Source of the DNA: Gemmatimonadota bacterium
GTDB lineage: Bacteria > Gemmatimonadota > Gemmatimonadetes > Gemmatimonadales > GWC2-71-9
Length of the DNA: 61,449 nucleotides
NCBI GenBank assembly: GCA_039588335.1
Contig: JBDGZZ010000004.1
Coordinates: forward strand, 1-61,449
Direction of reading: 5' to 3'
The position numbers and the translations under genes are program-made. Below, piece by piece: positions 30,954 through 39,437 of the stretch; position 1 is the first letter of the stretch, and every line of letters starts with the position of its first letter. The notes under the pieces are model-generated. The model was not told the DNA's origin. It ran no database searches and saw nothing but the letters and a program-made list of their open reading frames with translations.

Positions 30954-31562
30954 TTACGTCGACTCGCGCAATGGCTCGAGCAACTCGCGCAGTTCGGCAC
31001 GTGCGCGATGTATGTACGTCTTCACCGTGCCAAGTGGTAACTCGAGAATCTCGGCGATCTCATCGTAGGGTCTTCCCTCTACGTGTCGCAGAATGATACA
31101 AGTCCGATACTCTGGCCTCAGGTGGCCGATCGCGGTCTCTATAGCCGACCCCAGTTCACGCGCTTCCAGTTCCTCTAGTGGGGACTCACCGGAGTCTCCG
31201 ATCTGAAGTGCAGTGGCTTCCAGTCGGTCGGCAGTGGTCGCGTCCGGACCACCTTCCAACGAGAGTGTGTCCAAGTCTTTCTTGCGCAGATGGTCGATGG
31301 CCGAGTTGTTCGCGATCTTGAACACCCAGGAGGAGAACTTGAACTCGGGGCGATATCGGTCGATCGCGTTTAGAACCTTTACGAATGTCTCCTGAGCCAA
31401 ATCCTCGGCCAGTTCCCGATCACGCACCATTCGGTATATGAGAGAGAATACGGGGCGCTGATAGCGGCGGATCAGCTCACGGTAGGCTGCTTCCAAGCCG
31501 TCTCGGGCCTGTTCCACCACCTCCTGGTCGGTGGCTGTCGAAAGGTCGAGGGGGGAGACCAT
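30954..31562 (-). CDS. ECF-type RNA polymerase sigma-70 family factor
   Basis: Region 2 (YRELIRRYQRPVFSLIYRMVRDRELAEDLAQETFVKV) and region 4 HTH (YDEIAEILELPLGTVKTYIHRAR). Confidence 0.9.
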   Translation of the reverse strand: MVSPLDLSTATDQEVVEQARDGLEAAYRELIRRYQRPVFSLIYRMVRDRELAEDLAQETFVKVLNAIDRYRPEFKFSSWVFKIANNSAIDHLRKKDLDTLSLEGGPDATTADRLEATALQIGDSGESPLEELEARELGSAIETAIGHLRPEYRTCIILRHVEGRPYDEIAEILELPLGTVKTYIHRARAELRELLEPLREST

Positions 31563-31577
31563 TGCGGTAGGGCCTAC

Positions 31578-31604
31578 TACGCGCCAATCAGCAGGCAGGT
31601 TTCA
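31578..31604 (-). promoter_or_regulatory. ECF-type promoter-like motif TGAAAC-N17-CGTA upstream of the ECF sigma gene
   Basis: Minus strand reads TGAAAC ctgcctgctgattggcg CGTA, then 15 nt, then ATG (31562). AAC...CGT spacing is typical of ECF promoters, which are usually autoregulated. Confidence 0.4.
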
Positions 31605-31655
31605 ATCTGCACCGTTCTTGCGGCAACTTCAAGCATACCAGTAGCTTTTGCGCCT

Positions 31656-32393
31656 ATGTCGACGACCCCATCAGGACTTCCGTCCTCGGTCGAACGAGAA
31701 AAGCACTCGTACGTGCGGGACATGTTCACGGAAATCGCTCCGCGGTATGACCTCCTCAACCACCTCCTGAGCCTCAATATCGACAAGCGGTGGCGGCGGT
31801 TGGCAGTCCAACAGCTGCGATGGGTGGAATCGCCTGGGGGATCGTACCTGGATTTGTGTGCAGGCACCTTCGATCTCGCTGCCCAGCTTGCCCGGACTCC
31901 CGGGTTCGACGGCCTGGTCGTTGGAGCTGACTTCGTTGTCCCGATGCTCGAGATCGGAAGGCTCAAGGCCCCGGAGATCCACCCTGTTGGCGCGGACGCA
32001 TTGAAGCTCCCGTTCCCGCGAGGGTTCTTCGAAGGGTGCACTGTCGGGTTCGGAATCAGAAACCTGGCCGACGTGGACGCAGGTCTAAGAGAGATCGCGC
32101 GGGTACTCAAACCGGGCGGCCGCCTCGTTGTCCTGGAATTCTCCACTCCCACGGCTTGGCCCATCAAATCTTTGTACATGTTCTATTTTCGCCACGTTCT
32201 TCCTCTGATCGGCCGCTTGGTGTCCAAACATAGGACTGCATACAGCTACCTGCCAGATTCGGTTGAGCAGTTTCCGACCAATCACGGCTTCAAGCTGCAG
32301 ATGGAGGCGAACGGTTTTCACGACGTGCATGTCCAGCGCCTTACATTCGGTGTGGCTTCGCTTTACTCGGGGGTGGTTCGTGACGATCGATAA
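31656..32393 (+). CDS. ubiE: Demethylmenaquinone/ubiquinone C-methyltransferase
   Basis: VRDMFTEIAPRYDLLNHLLSLNIDKRWR start and the SAM motif LDLCAGT. Confidence 0.85.
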   Translation: MSTTPSGLPSSVEREKHSYVRDMFTEIAPRYDLLNHLLSLNIDKRWRRLAVQQLRWVESPGGSYLDLCAGTFDLAAQLARTPGFDGLVVGADFVVPMLEIGRLKAPEIHPVGADALKLPFPRGFFEGCTVGFGIRNLADVDAGLREIARVLKPGGRLVVLEFSTPTAWPIKSLYMFYFRHVLPLIGRLVSKHRTAYSYLPDSVEQFPTNHGFKLQMEANGFHDVHVQRLTFGVASLYSGVVRDDR

Positions 32394-33876
32394 TCTGCGA
32401 GAATTCATTGCCGAACTGGATCGCAAAGGGGAGCTGGTACGCGTGAGTCGCCCTGTGTCTGTGGTCCGTGAGATGGCCGAAATCGCAGATCGGTGTATGA
32501 AGAGTGCTGGAGGTGGTCCGGCATTGCTGTTCGAGTGCCCGGTGCTGGCCAACCATCAGGTGAGTGACATACCTGTGGCCATCAACATGTTCGGTTCCAT
32601 GAGCCGGATGAGCTTGGCCATTGGAGTTGAGAACCTGGACGACGTCGGTGCGCGAATTGAGGAACTCATCAAGCTCAAGGTACCGGAGGGATGGCGCGAG
32701 AAACTAGCCCTTCTACCCAAGCTTGCGGAGATAGCAAAGTACCCGCCACGAAAGCTGTCTGGTCGCGCTCCGTGCCATGAGGTCGTGCACCAGGGTACAG
32801 ACGTCGATCTCGAGCGACTGCCTATTATCACTTGCTGGCCCGGTGACGGTGGGCCGTACATAACACTTCCACAAGTCGTGACTAAGGATCCAACATCTGG
32901 AGTTCGTAACGTGGGAATGTATCGGGTCCAGGTTCTTGGGAAGACCATGCTGGCCATGCACTGGCAACGGCACAAGGTAGGAGCGGCTCACTGGAGGGAT
33001 ATGGCTGCCCGCGGCGAAAGGATGCCTGTGGCAATCGTTCTCGGAGGAGACCCGCCGTCAGTGTACTCAGCGTCTGCGCCACTGCCGCCGAACGTCGACG
33101 AGTACGTGTTTGCCGGCTTCCTGCGACGCCGACCTGTGTCCCTGACGCGTGCCCTGACCAGCGACCTAGAGGTTCCAGCCGAAGCTGATCTGGTTATCGA
33201 AGGATACATCGACCCTGCTGAGGAACTCGTGGTTGAAGGCCCATTCGGAGATCACACAGGGTTTTACTCGCTGGCTGACTACTACCCTGCAGTGCACGTG
33301 ACGGCAGTGACGCGAAGAAAAGACCCGATCTACCCGACCACCATCGTCGGCCGCCCACCGATGGAAGACTATTACCTCGGACACGCCACGGAACGGATAT
33401 TCCTACCGTTGATGAGGCTGAACCTGCCCGAGGTGGCTGATTACCACATGCCCGCGCCGGGCGTGTTCCACAACCTCGTCTTCGTGAGCATCGACAAGCA
33501 ATTCCCGGGTCACGCTTGGAAGGTCATGAATGGACTGTGGGGCTTGGGACTGATGTCTCTTGCGAAGGTAATCGTCGTTGTGGATAAGGATGTCAACGTC
33601 CGCGATATGGAAGAGGCTTGGTGGGTGGCCTTGAACAACATCGATCCGCAAAGAGACATCCGTTTTACGATGGGACCAGTCGATGTTTTGGATCACGCTT
33701 CGCGTGCGTTCACTTACGGTTCCAAAATGGGAATAGACGCGACTACGAAGTGGAAGGAAGAAGGGTTCGATCGTGAGTGGCCCGAGCGGATCGAGATGGA
33801 TCGGGAAACTAGAGTCCGCATCGACCAAATGTGGAACGAGTTGGGCATCGACCTGAGGCCGAGAAACCAGGAATGA
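32380..33876 (+). CDS. UbiD family (de)carboxylase (quinone biosynthesis)
   Basis: The N-terminus LREFIAELDRKGELVRV is typical of UbiD. In-frame GTG 32380 overlaps the ubiE stop by 14 nt, so I prefer it to the track start at 32263. Confidence 0.8.
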   Translation: MTIDNLREFIAELDRKGELVRVSRPVSVVREMAEIADRCMKSAGGGPALLFECPVLANHQVSDIPVAINMFGSMSRMSLAIGVENLDDVGARIEELIKLKVPEGWREKLALLPKLAEIAKYPPRKLSGRAPCHEVVHQGTDVDLERLPIITCWPGDGGPYITLPQVVTKDPTSGVRNVGMYRVQVLGKTMLAMHWQRHKVGAAHWRDMAARGERMPVAIVLGGDPPSVYSASAPLPPNVDEYVFAGFLRRRPVSLTRALTSDLEVPAEADLVIEGYIDPAEELVVEGPFGDHTGFYSLADYYPAVHVTAVTRRKDPIYPTTIVGRPPMEDYYLGHATERIFLPLMRLNLPEVADYHMPAPGVFHNLVFVSIDKQFPGHAWKVMNGLWGLGLMSLAKVIVVVDKDVNVRDMEEAWWVALNNIDPQRDIRFTMGPVDVLDHASRAFTYGSKMGIDATTKWKEEGFDREWPERIEMDRETRVRIDQMWNELGIDLRPRNQE

Positions 33877-34772
33877 CCGCCTCGCGGTTCGAAGGCCAGA
33901 CTTTGGTGGGCGAGTCCATTCTCACCAGGTACGTGAACTTCGTCAAGCTCCCGCACACCGTGTTTGCCCTACCCTTTGCCCTGCTGGGAGTCGTCTACGC
34001 GTCTTGGTCCAGCAGGGTCAGTGTGGTTCAGGTGTTCTTGATCATGGTGGCATTTACGACTGCACGATTCGCGGCGATGGGGTTCAATCGAATCGTGGAT
34101 CGTACAATCGACTCTTTGAATCCGCGAACTCGAGCCAGGGAATTGCCGGCAGGAAGACTTTCGATCCCGCAAGCAACGACGGCGACCTTGGCAGCGGCAG
34201 CAGTGTTCTTTGTGTGTGCCGGGTTGCTGAACCAACTGTGCCTCATCCTGAGTCCGGTAGCGTTGATGTGGATTCTCGGATACAGCTACACGAAGCGCTT
34301 CACTAGTTGGTCGCACCTTTGGCTAGGCGGCGCTCTAGCGATAGCGCCGGTGGGTGGATACCTGGCTGTCGTGGGGACATGGAGTTCACCTTGGTGGACG
34401 CTCGCTGTACTTGGCTTGTCGGTTCTCACTTGGGTGGGTGGATTCGACATTTTCTATGCTCTCCAGGACGAAGAATTCGATCGCACTCAGGGCCTCAAGA
34501 GCGCAGTCGTCCTGTTGGGTCAGCACAGAGCCATCCTGCTGGGGAAGAGCCTGCATGGGATCACGCTAGTTGGGTTGCTGCTGTTTGGTGTGGGGGCGGG
34601 ATTGGGATGGCTCTACTACGCTGGGTTTGCGGCGGCAACGGGGCTCTTGGCTTGGGAACACCAGTTGGTGCGCATCGGTGACCTCAGTCGTCTAGATGCA
34701 GCGTTCTTCAAAATGAACGGAATCATTTCCATAGTAGTCTTCCTCGGTGCGTTGGGAGATCGGATCTTATGA
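33873..34772 (+). CDS. UbiA family aromatic prenyltransferase
   Basis: ATG 33873 forms an ATGA overlap with the UbiD stop. Asp-rich motifs (NRIVDRTID, YALQDEEFD) and about 8-9 transmembrane segments. Confidence 0.8.
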   Translation: MTASRFEGQTLVGESILTRYVNFVKLPHTVFALPFALLGVVYASWSSRVSVVQVFLIMVAFTTARFAAMGFNRIVDRTIDSLNPRTRARELPAGRLSIPQATTATLAAAAVFFVCAGLLNQLCLILSPVALMWILGYSYTKRFTSWSHLWLGGALAIAPVGGYLAVVGTWSSPWWTLAVLGLSVLTWVGGFDIFYALQDEEFDRTQGLKSAVVLLGQHRAILLGKSLHGITLVGLLLFGVGAGLGWLYYAGFAAATGLLAWEHQLVRIGDLSRLDAAFFKMNGIISIVVFLGALGDRIL

Positions 34773-34803
34773 GTGAACCGGCGAGCAGGAAGCAGGAGGT
34801 TGG

Positions 34804-35289
34804 GTGCGGCTGGGTGTGATATCAGACACGCACGGTTTGTTGCGCCCAGAGGTGTTTGAGGCCTTTAGCGAGGTTGACCATATCCTGCACGCGGGTGACG
34901 TAGGCTCCGCTGACTTGTTGGACGAGTTGGCTGTGCTGGCTCCCGTCACTGCGGTATATGGAAATACCGACGGATTCGAAATACGATCTCGCTGCCCACA
35001 AGTTGCGCGCATCGATCTGGATGGCTTCGTAGTGGTCGTGAGTCATGGAGATCAATTCCACCCTCCGACACCGGAACGACTACACCACGCTTACCCTGAT
35101 GCCGAAATCATCGCCTACGGTCATACTCACATGTCGTTGTTGGAGTTGGTGGATAGGACGGTAACCGTTATGAACCCGGGTGTGGCTGGGGCGGTTCGGT
35201 CTGGTATGGAACCGTCCGTAGGAATCATGGAGTTAGAGCCAGGGATTCCTCCAAGGGCGCGCATCGTAACTCTAGGCCCCTTTAGTTGA
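34804..35289 (+). CDS. YfcE/MJ0936 family metallophosphoesterase
   Basis: RLGVISDTHG, HAGD, GNTD and GHTH motifs in order. Confidence 0.8.
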   Translation: MRLGVISDTHGLLRPEVFEAFSEVDHILHAGDVGSADLLDELAVLAPVTAVYGNTDGFEIRSRCPQVARIDLDGFVVVVSHGDQFHPPTPERLHHAYPDAEIIAYGHTHMSLLELVDRTVTVMNPGVAGAVRSGMEPSVGIMELEPGIPPRARIVTLGPFS

Positions 35290-36252
35290 GACCAGGTACG
35301 TCATGTAGATGGCGAAGCCGACGAGTAGTATGGCTCCGTCCAGCTTTCCCACCCTTCGACCAAACCACATCAGTGGGAACATGGCGGCACAAAACGCCAA
35401 CATGACCCAGTTGTCCACTGCTGCAGCGGCGGTAGTGATTCTGACGGGAAGGACCAAGGCGGTGGCTCCCAACACTCCCAGCAGGTTGAACAGGTTGGAA
35501 CCGATGACGTTGGCCAGGGCAATTTCGTGTTCGCCCTGCTTTGCCGCCACGAGGCTCGTTGCTAGCTCCGGTAGGCTCGTTCCCATGGCTACGATAGTGA
35601 GGCCAATCATCCGCTCGTTCACGCCCCACAAATCGGCCATCGTGACTGCACCGCGGACCACTTGGTCTGCACCTAGAACGAGCGCCGTGATCCCAACCGC
35701 AACCAGAGCTGCATTCACTCCCCAAGCCCGACCAGGTCCCCCCTTCAGCCTGGCAGTTCTCTTGACCTCGCGCTCCAGGGCTAGCGCTTCATCTTCAATC
35801 ACCTCGCGCTGCGCCAGGTGGACTATGTAAGCCGTGAACAAGGCAAGCGCGACGAGCAAGAACCCGCCCTCGAGCCGGTCGATGAGGTCGTCACGGCAGA
35901 GAAGCAGCACTACGGCTGCAACGATGAACATGAACGGGTATTCCAGGCGAATAGTCTGGCGCTTCACTGCGATAGGAGCAAGGACGGACGAAATACCCAG
36001 AATCATCCCGATGTTGAATATGGTTGAGCCAATAATGTTTCCGTACGCGAGATCTGTGCTACCGCGAAGGGCAGCTCCCACGCTGACCGCCAGTTCCGGA
36101 AAACTGGTTCCCATGGCGACAACGGTTAATCCCACTACGGTGGTCGAGAGCCGGGCCAAGAGCGCGATGCGGGTGGCCCCCTGAACGAGGTAGTGCCCTC
36201 CGGCGAATAGGACCACTAGGCCGATGAGGAGCTGAAGTGCGGCTAACGGCAC
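35272..36252 (-). CDS. Ca2+/Na+ antiporter (CaCA, YrbG-like)
   Basis: Two alpha-repeats (GTSFPELAVS, GTSLPELATS). In-frame GTG 36252 is the likely start and overlaps the upstream gene's stop by 10 nt. The track start at 36321 would overlap by 79 nt. Confidence 0.8.
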   Translation of the reverse strand: MPLAALQLLIGLVVLFAGGHYLVQGATRIALLARLSTTVVGLTVVAMGTSFPELAVSVGAALRGSTDLAYGNIIGSTIFNIGMILGISSVLAPIAVKRQTIRLEYPFMFIVAAVVLLLCRDDLIDRLEGGFLLVALALFTAYIVHLAQREVIEDEALALEREVKRTARLKGGPGRAWGVNAALVAVGITALVLGADQVVRGAVTMADLWGVNERMIGLTIVAMGTSLPELATSLVAAKQGEHEIALANVIGSNLFNLLGVLGATALVLPVRITTAAAAVDNWVMLAFCAAMFPLMWFGRRVGKLDGAILLVGFAIYMTYLVSTKGA

Positions 36253-37340
36253 GGGGTATCCGCCAGCCACTCCTCGAGCGGCACCGTTCGATTCAGAGCG
36301 GTAGGGTGACGACGAAACCACTGCAGCAATAGGAGCATCTCGTCGATAGAGCCTGTGGGGAGGGCGCTAGCTTCTGGTTCGGGACCCGAATGTTCTTCCA
36401 CTAACGCTCTGAATGCCTCTCTCTCAATTGGGGTCAGCGGTGCCGGAGCGGCCGCTCGTACGGTGGCACGGCGGATTACATAAGCCCGATCGTCACCATA
36501 CATGCCGGGGTCGATGTATACGAAGCTCAGTGCGGCAACGGTGTTGCGCGCCCTTACCGACACAGCTAGAAGTTGTTCTAAGTGATCGAACTTGTTACGC
36601 CACCAAGCCGCGAGTTCAAATTCGTTTCGATCACTTGCCGCAGTCATTTCCGTGACCACCCGGTCCAACGGCGCGATTGCGGTTGCCTCTAGGAACGATA
36701 TCCCGGTCTGAAGACGCTCATCATAGGCAGCCGCGGTTACGTTGCCGCAGCAAGGAGCAGCGCAGTGACCCAGGTCGTGTCGGAGACAACCAGCAGGTAT
36801 GTCGGTTCCGAAGAGGTCCCCTTGTTCTTGAAATACAATTGGCATGTTCATCGAACAGTCCCGCAAACCCAACAGATCGTTCAGAACGCGTACACCGACC
36901 TTCAACTGCGCCCTGCTCGTAAAAGGGCCGTAATGCTGCGTCCCATCGGGACCGGGCGTGTTCCCAACGTAGATTTTGGGGGCCGGTCCGGCTGAGACCT
37001 TGATGAAGCTGACGCTGCGATTGCGGTTCATGCGCACGTTGAACACCGGCCGGAAACGTCGGATCTGCTTCAGCTCCGTTAGTATGGCCGCAAACTCCGA
37101 GTGCGTGTAGTCCCACTCGATGTCGGTCGCAGCGTGGAGAATACGGGCTCCCTTGTCTTCGGGATAGGTCGCGCGGAAATAGGATAGCAGCCGGCTCCTC
37201 AAGCGATTGGCCTTGCCGACATAGACGACCCGGCCTGTGGGGTCGAGCATCCGGTACACCGCAGGACGGTTCTCTGACAAGGCGACGACCTTTCTGCGCA
37301 ATCGACCTAGGTCGGTGAGTGGCAGCGCAAGCGTGGCCAT
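36243..37340 (-). CDS. UvrC N-terminal-half homolog (Cho-like GIY-YIG nuclease with Cys cluster and UVR-like segment)
   Basis: GIY-YIG core PAVYRMLDPTGRVVYVGKANRLRSRLLSYF...EFAAILTELKQIRRFRPVFN, Cys cluster CLRHDLGHCAAPCCG, and a UVR-like helix pair (FELAAWWRNKFDHLEQL). No RNase-H-like or HhH C-terminal half. ATG 37340 shares one nucleotide with the mutM stop (TGATG). Confidence 0.65.
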   Translation of the reverse strand: MATLALPLTDLGRLRRKVVALSENRPAVYRMLDPTGRVVYVGKANRLRSRLLSYFRATYPEDKGARILHAATDIEWDYTHSEFAAILTELKQIRRFRPVFNVRMNRNRSVSFIKVSAGPAPKIYVGNTPGPDGTQHYGPFTSRAQLKVGVRVLNDLLGLRDCSMNMPIVFQEQGDLFGTDIPAGCLRHDLGHCAAPCCGNVTAAAYDERLQTGISFLEATAIAPLDRVVTEMTAASDRNEFELAAWWRNKFDHLEQLLAVSVRARNTVAALSFVYIDPGMYGDDRAYVIRRATVRAAAPAPLTPIEREAFRALVEEHSGPEPEASALPTGSIDEMLLLLQWFRRHPTALNRTVPLEEWLADTPCR

Positions 37341-38176
37341 CAGCTTGGGTTGGCCTGACAGCGCCAGCAGAAGGTGGTCGCTCGGCCATCGATTGCGTGG
37401 GTAGTCGCCAGCGGCGTACCACATTGCACGCACGGCTCGCCGCCCCGGCCATAGACTTGGAGTAGTGTCTGAAAGGAGCCGGTCTCACCAGTCCCGGTCC
37501 TGTAGTCGCGAAACGTAGTTCCGCTTGCCGAAATCGCCTCCTGCAAGATAGCCCGTACCTCCTCATAGATCCGGCTCAACTCGTCGTGCTGCAGCCGGTC
37601 AGCGGCGCGCGAAGGGTCAATTCTAGCCCGAAAGAGGGCCTCGTTGGCGTAAATATTTCCCACACCGGCGATCCGCTTCTGGTCCATCAGGACCTTCTTG
37701 ATTGCCTGGCTGCTGCCCTGGACCTGACCGAGGAACCGATCCAGATCGAATTCATCGTCCAGTGGCTCGGGTCCGATGCCCGCAGTATAGGACCGCCATT
37801 GCTTCTCATTCAACAGCCAGATGGTTCCCAGTCTCCGGACGTCGCGGTACACGAAGGTTGCCCCATCGCCTATCGCAGCCAAGAAAACGGCGTAACGGCG
37901 CTGTTCGGCTGTCAGGCGACCCCTGTGGACCGTCAAGACTCCGGTCATTCTGGGTTGAATTACCATCCTGAGCCCGTTCTTGAACAGAAACACAGCGTGT
38001 TTTGCTCGTCTCGAAACAGAGGTGACTTGTTGGCCCCGGACTGAGGTCAAGAGCCTTTTGGCGGTTACCTTGCGCAGAACGTCCGATTTGAGAAGGCGGG
38101 GGTTCTTGAACTGTCGGCCGGTGAGTTGGGGCTCGAGGTCCCGGACAATGGTCTCGACTTCAGGCAGCTCCGGCAC
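37340..38176 (-). CDS. mutM: Formamidopyrimidine-DNA glycosylase
   Basis: PELPEVE N-terminus, H2TH motif and C-terminal zinc finger CVQCG...CWRC. In-frame GTG 38176 gives fMet-Pro-Glu-Leu-Pro-Glu-Val-Glu. Confidence 0.9.
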   Translation of the reverse strand: MPELPEVETIVRDLEPQLTGRQFKNPRLLKSDVLRKVTAKRLLTSVRGQQVTSVSRRAKHAVFLFKNGLRMVIQPRMTGVLTVHRGRLTAEQRRYAVFLAAIGDGATFVYRDVRRLGTIWLLNEKQWRSYTAGIGPEPLDDEFDLDRFLGQVQGSSQAIKKVLMDQKRIAGVGNIYANEALFRARIDPSRAADRLQHDELSRIYEEVRAILQEAISASGTTFRDYRTGTGETGSFQTLLQVYGRGGEPCVQCGTPLATTHAIDGRATTFCWRCQANPS

Positions 38177-39437
38177 GGGCAACCTCACGCCAGGCTATGT
38201 CCCGTCGAAAAACCTTGCCCTCGAACTCTATTGCCTCCGCCAACGCGCGACTCCGTGCGACGGCCTCGAGAACGTCCGATCCAAGGCCGGTGGCACAAAG
38301 GACCCGGCCGCCAGCTGTGCGCAACACGCCGGATTCGTCCCTAGCAGTGCCTGCATGAAACAGAATCGTCTCAGGCGGAAGCGTCTCCGGGATCGAGATC
38401 TCGGCACCCTTGACCGGAGCTGCCGGGTAACCGGGAGAGGCCAATACCGTAGTGACCGCTGTCTGTCCCGATCCGCGCTGGGTGCCATCCGGGTTCCACG
38501 CCTCGCCGGCCGCGATGCGCCACATGTGCTCACTCAGGCCCTCGTCCAGGAGCGGTAGCACTACTTGCGCCTCTGGGTCCCCGAAGCGGCAGTTGAACTC
38601 CAGAATCTTTGGCTCGCCAACGTCATCGATCATGATGCCGCCATAGAGAACGCCCCGGTACGGGGTTCCCCAGTCGTTCAGTTGCTGTAGCACCGGAGTG
38701 ATCGTCCGGCTAACGATCCGGTCGAGGAGTTCTGGGCTCGCGATCGAAACCGGTGAATACGCCCCCATGCCACCGGTGTTTGGACCGGTGTCTCCCTCTC
38801 CCAGTCTTTTGTGATCTTGGGATGGGGGGAGAACCATGACCTTGTCGCCATCAGTCAAAACCAGGACTGAGAGTTCCTCCCCCTCGAGGAACTCCTCGAC
38901 CAGGATTTCGTCCCCCGCGGCTCCGAACTTTCCGCCGAGCATCTCCCTGGCAGCAGTCACGGCTTCGCCTCGCGTCGCACAGACTACCGCTCCCTTGCCG
39001 GCCGCAAGTCCTGATGCCTTGACCACGAGAGGCTCGGGATGCGACGAGATGTAGTCGAGCGCCCTGCCCTCGTCCATGAATGTCTCGCTGGCGGCGGTGG
39101 GAACTCCGGCCGCGACCATCACCTCCTTGGCATACACCTTGGAGGATTCGATCTGCGCTGCTTTGGCCGAGGGGCCGAAAGCCCGATGACCGGCCCCCAC
39201 GAGCCGATCGACCAAACCTGCGGCCAGAGGGGCCTCGGGCCCGATCACCGTCAGGTCGATTCGATTGTCGGCCACGGTGGCTACCACGGCCTCTTGGTCG
39301 CCCGGGTCTAGATGCAGGTTGGTGCCGATTGTGGCGGTTCCCGGGTTACCCGGGGCACAAAAGATGGTGGCTGAGTGGGAGAGGGCCCAGCAGAGCGCAT
39401 GCTCCCGGCCGCCCCCTCCCACAACCAGGATTCTCAC
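38160..39437 (-). CDS. purD: Phosphoribosylamine-glycine ligase
   Basis: MRILVVGGGGREHAL start and an ATP-grasp core. The GTG start overlaps the upstream stop (GTGA). Confidence 0.95.
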   Translation of the reverse strand: MRILVVGGGGREHALCWALSHSATIFCAPGNPGTATIGTNLHLDPGDQEAVVATVADNRIDLTVIGPEAPLAAGLVDRLVGAGHRAFGPSAKAAQIESSKVYAKEVMVAAGVPTAASETFMDEGRALDYISSHPEPLVVKASGLAAGKGAVVCATRGEAVTAAREMLGGKFGAAGDEILVEEFLEGEELSVLVLTDGDKVMVLPPSQDHKRLGEGDTGPNTGGMGAYSPVSIASPELLDRIVSRTITPVLQQLNDWGTPYRGVLYGGIMIDDVGEPKILEFNCRFGDPEAQVVLPLLDEGLSEHMWRIAAGEAWNPDGTQRGSGQTAVTTVLASPGYPAAPVKGAEISIPETLPPETILFHAGTARDESGVLRTAGGRVLCATGLGSDVLEAVARSRALAEAIEFEGKVFRRDIAWREVARAGAA

